Positions 45,698-46,563 of a stretch of 46,563 bases of DNA are shown in pieces (the first letter of the stretch is position 1; the number at the start of each line of letters is the position of its first letter). The notes below the pieces were generated by a model. It was not told the origin of the DNA, did not search any database, and saw only the letters and a program-made list of their open reading frames with translations. The translations under genes and the position numbers were made by a program. The DNA comes from Octopus bimaculoides (taxonomy: Eukaryota). The DNA lies in the NCBI RefSeq assembly GCF_001194135.2, contig NC_068995.1:15975755-16022317 (forward strand). Direction: 5' to 3'.

Positions 45698-45965
45698 CGA
45701 AGAAGTAGAAAAAGAGGAAGAAAAAAAAGAAGACGTCGACGACGACCACGATGATGAAGATAATGAAGAAATATACTGTAGGAAAGGAGGAGGAGGAGGA
45801 GGAGAAGGAGGAGAAGATTAGAAGGAGACGAAAAAGAAAACTGCAAAGGCGAATTAGAAAGAAAAGAAGAAAAAGTAAGGAAAGGAAAATAATAATAATA
45901 ATGATAATAATAATAAAATATCAAGAAACAGGTGGCAAAAAGAAGGGAGGAGGAGGAGGAGGTGG
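45255..45965. repeat. Mosaic of trinucleotide repeats (AAC, GAC, GAT, GGT, AGT, GTT, GAG, AAT)
   Basis: Read directly from the sequence. Confidence 0.95.
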
Positions 45966-46229
45966 AAGCGGCTAAAGTCTACGAATTGTTTGTAAAAGTT
46001 TGTTTTATAGGTTATTGTAGCTAATAGCAGATTGTAACATATTTTCGCAGTTTTTATTATTGCAGCTTCAAATTTTCGACGAGGAAATACCGCAAAAATA
46101 GAAACATCAAAAAAAAAAAAAAAAAAAGCAATAATGCAATAATCAGATACAAAGAAGCGCGCTTACACACAGTCACGCACACTCATACACCCATTCACTA
46201 ATGTGCGTATGCAAAACACAGGCGAGCAC

Positions 46230-46563
46230 ACATACATATATACATACATACATACATACATACATACATACATGGAATCAACCAACTATACACACTTCTT
46301 ATGCAATATGCATATAAATATTTGTATATATATGCACGTGTATATAGAGGTATGTGTATTGATAGATATTATATATATAAGTATGTATATAATATATATA
46401 TGCACATGCATATATTGATATATATTGACACACATGATCATAGGTGTAAACATATTTTATGCATGCATTTGCATATATACACATAATTATACATATAAAC
46501 TACATTCATACAAGTTCATATACACATATGCACACAGAGAGGTATGTATATATGCATATATAT
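46230..46563. repeat. Degenerate (TACA)n/(TA)n low-complexity tract
   Basis: Read directly from the sequence. Confidence 0.9.

Noticed and set aside
45229-45924. 231-aa poly-His/Leu/Ile ORF
   Set aside because: Derived entirely from trinucleotide repeats; the frame stays open because of motif composition.
91-46486. Long ORFs in the six-frame track ([12 protein letters not shown], poly-L/I/N and X-filled ORFs)
   Set aside because: They are translations of microsatellites or read through N-gaps; there is no protein signal.

Overview
AT-rich, microsatellite-dense animal DNA with 11 N-gaps totalling about 4.6 kb. From memory, the repeat families look like Octopus (cephalopod) genomic DNA; this is an inference, not a database match. 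None of the long ORFs in the supplied track is a credible gene, since most are translated microsatellites or run through N-gaps. The window appears to be mostly intronic sequence of a multi-exon minus-strand gene of unknown identity, seen as small exons with good splice signals whose phases chain together (best supported at 1.6-9.0 kb). It is filled with three tRNA-derived SINE families, a 5'-truncated R4/Dong-type LINE inside an (AAT)n array, and Tc1/mariner transposase remnants. The most interesting signal is a set of non-coding, probably Penelope-derived elements with minimal type I hammerhead-ribozyme motifs. The two motifs with intact cores (17640-17685 +, 39543-39585 -) each lie in or next to a long fold-back inverted repeat. 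Also notable: four body/tail combinations of one SINE superfamily, a SINE nested in a SINE with a 17-bp target-site duplication, and inverted and tandem SINE arrays.
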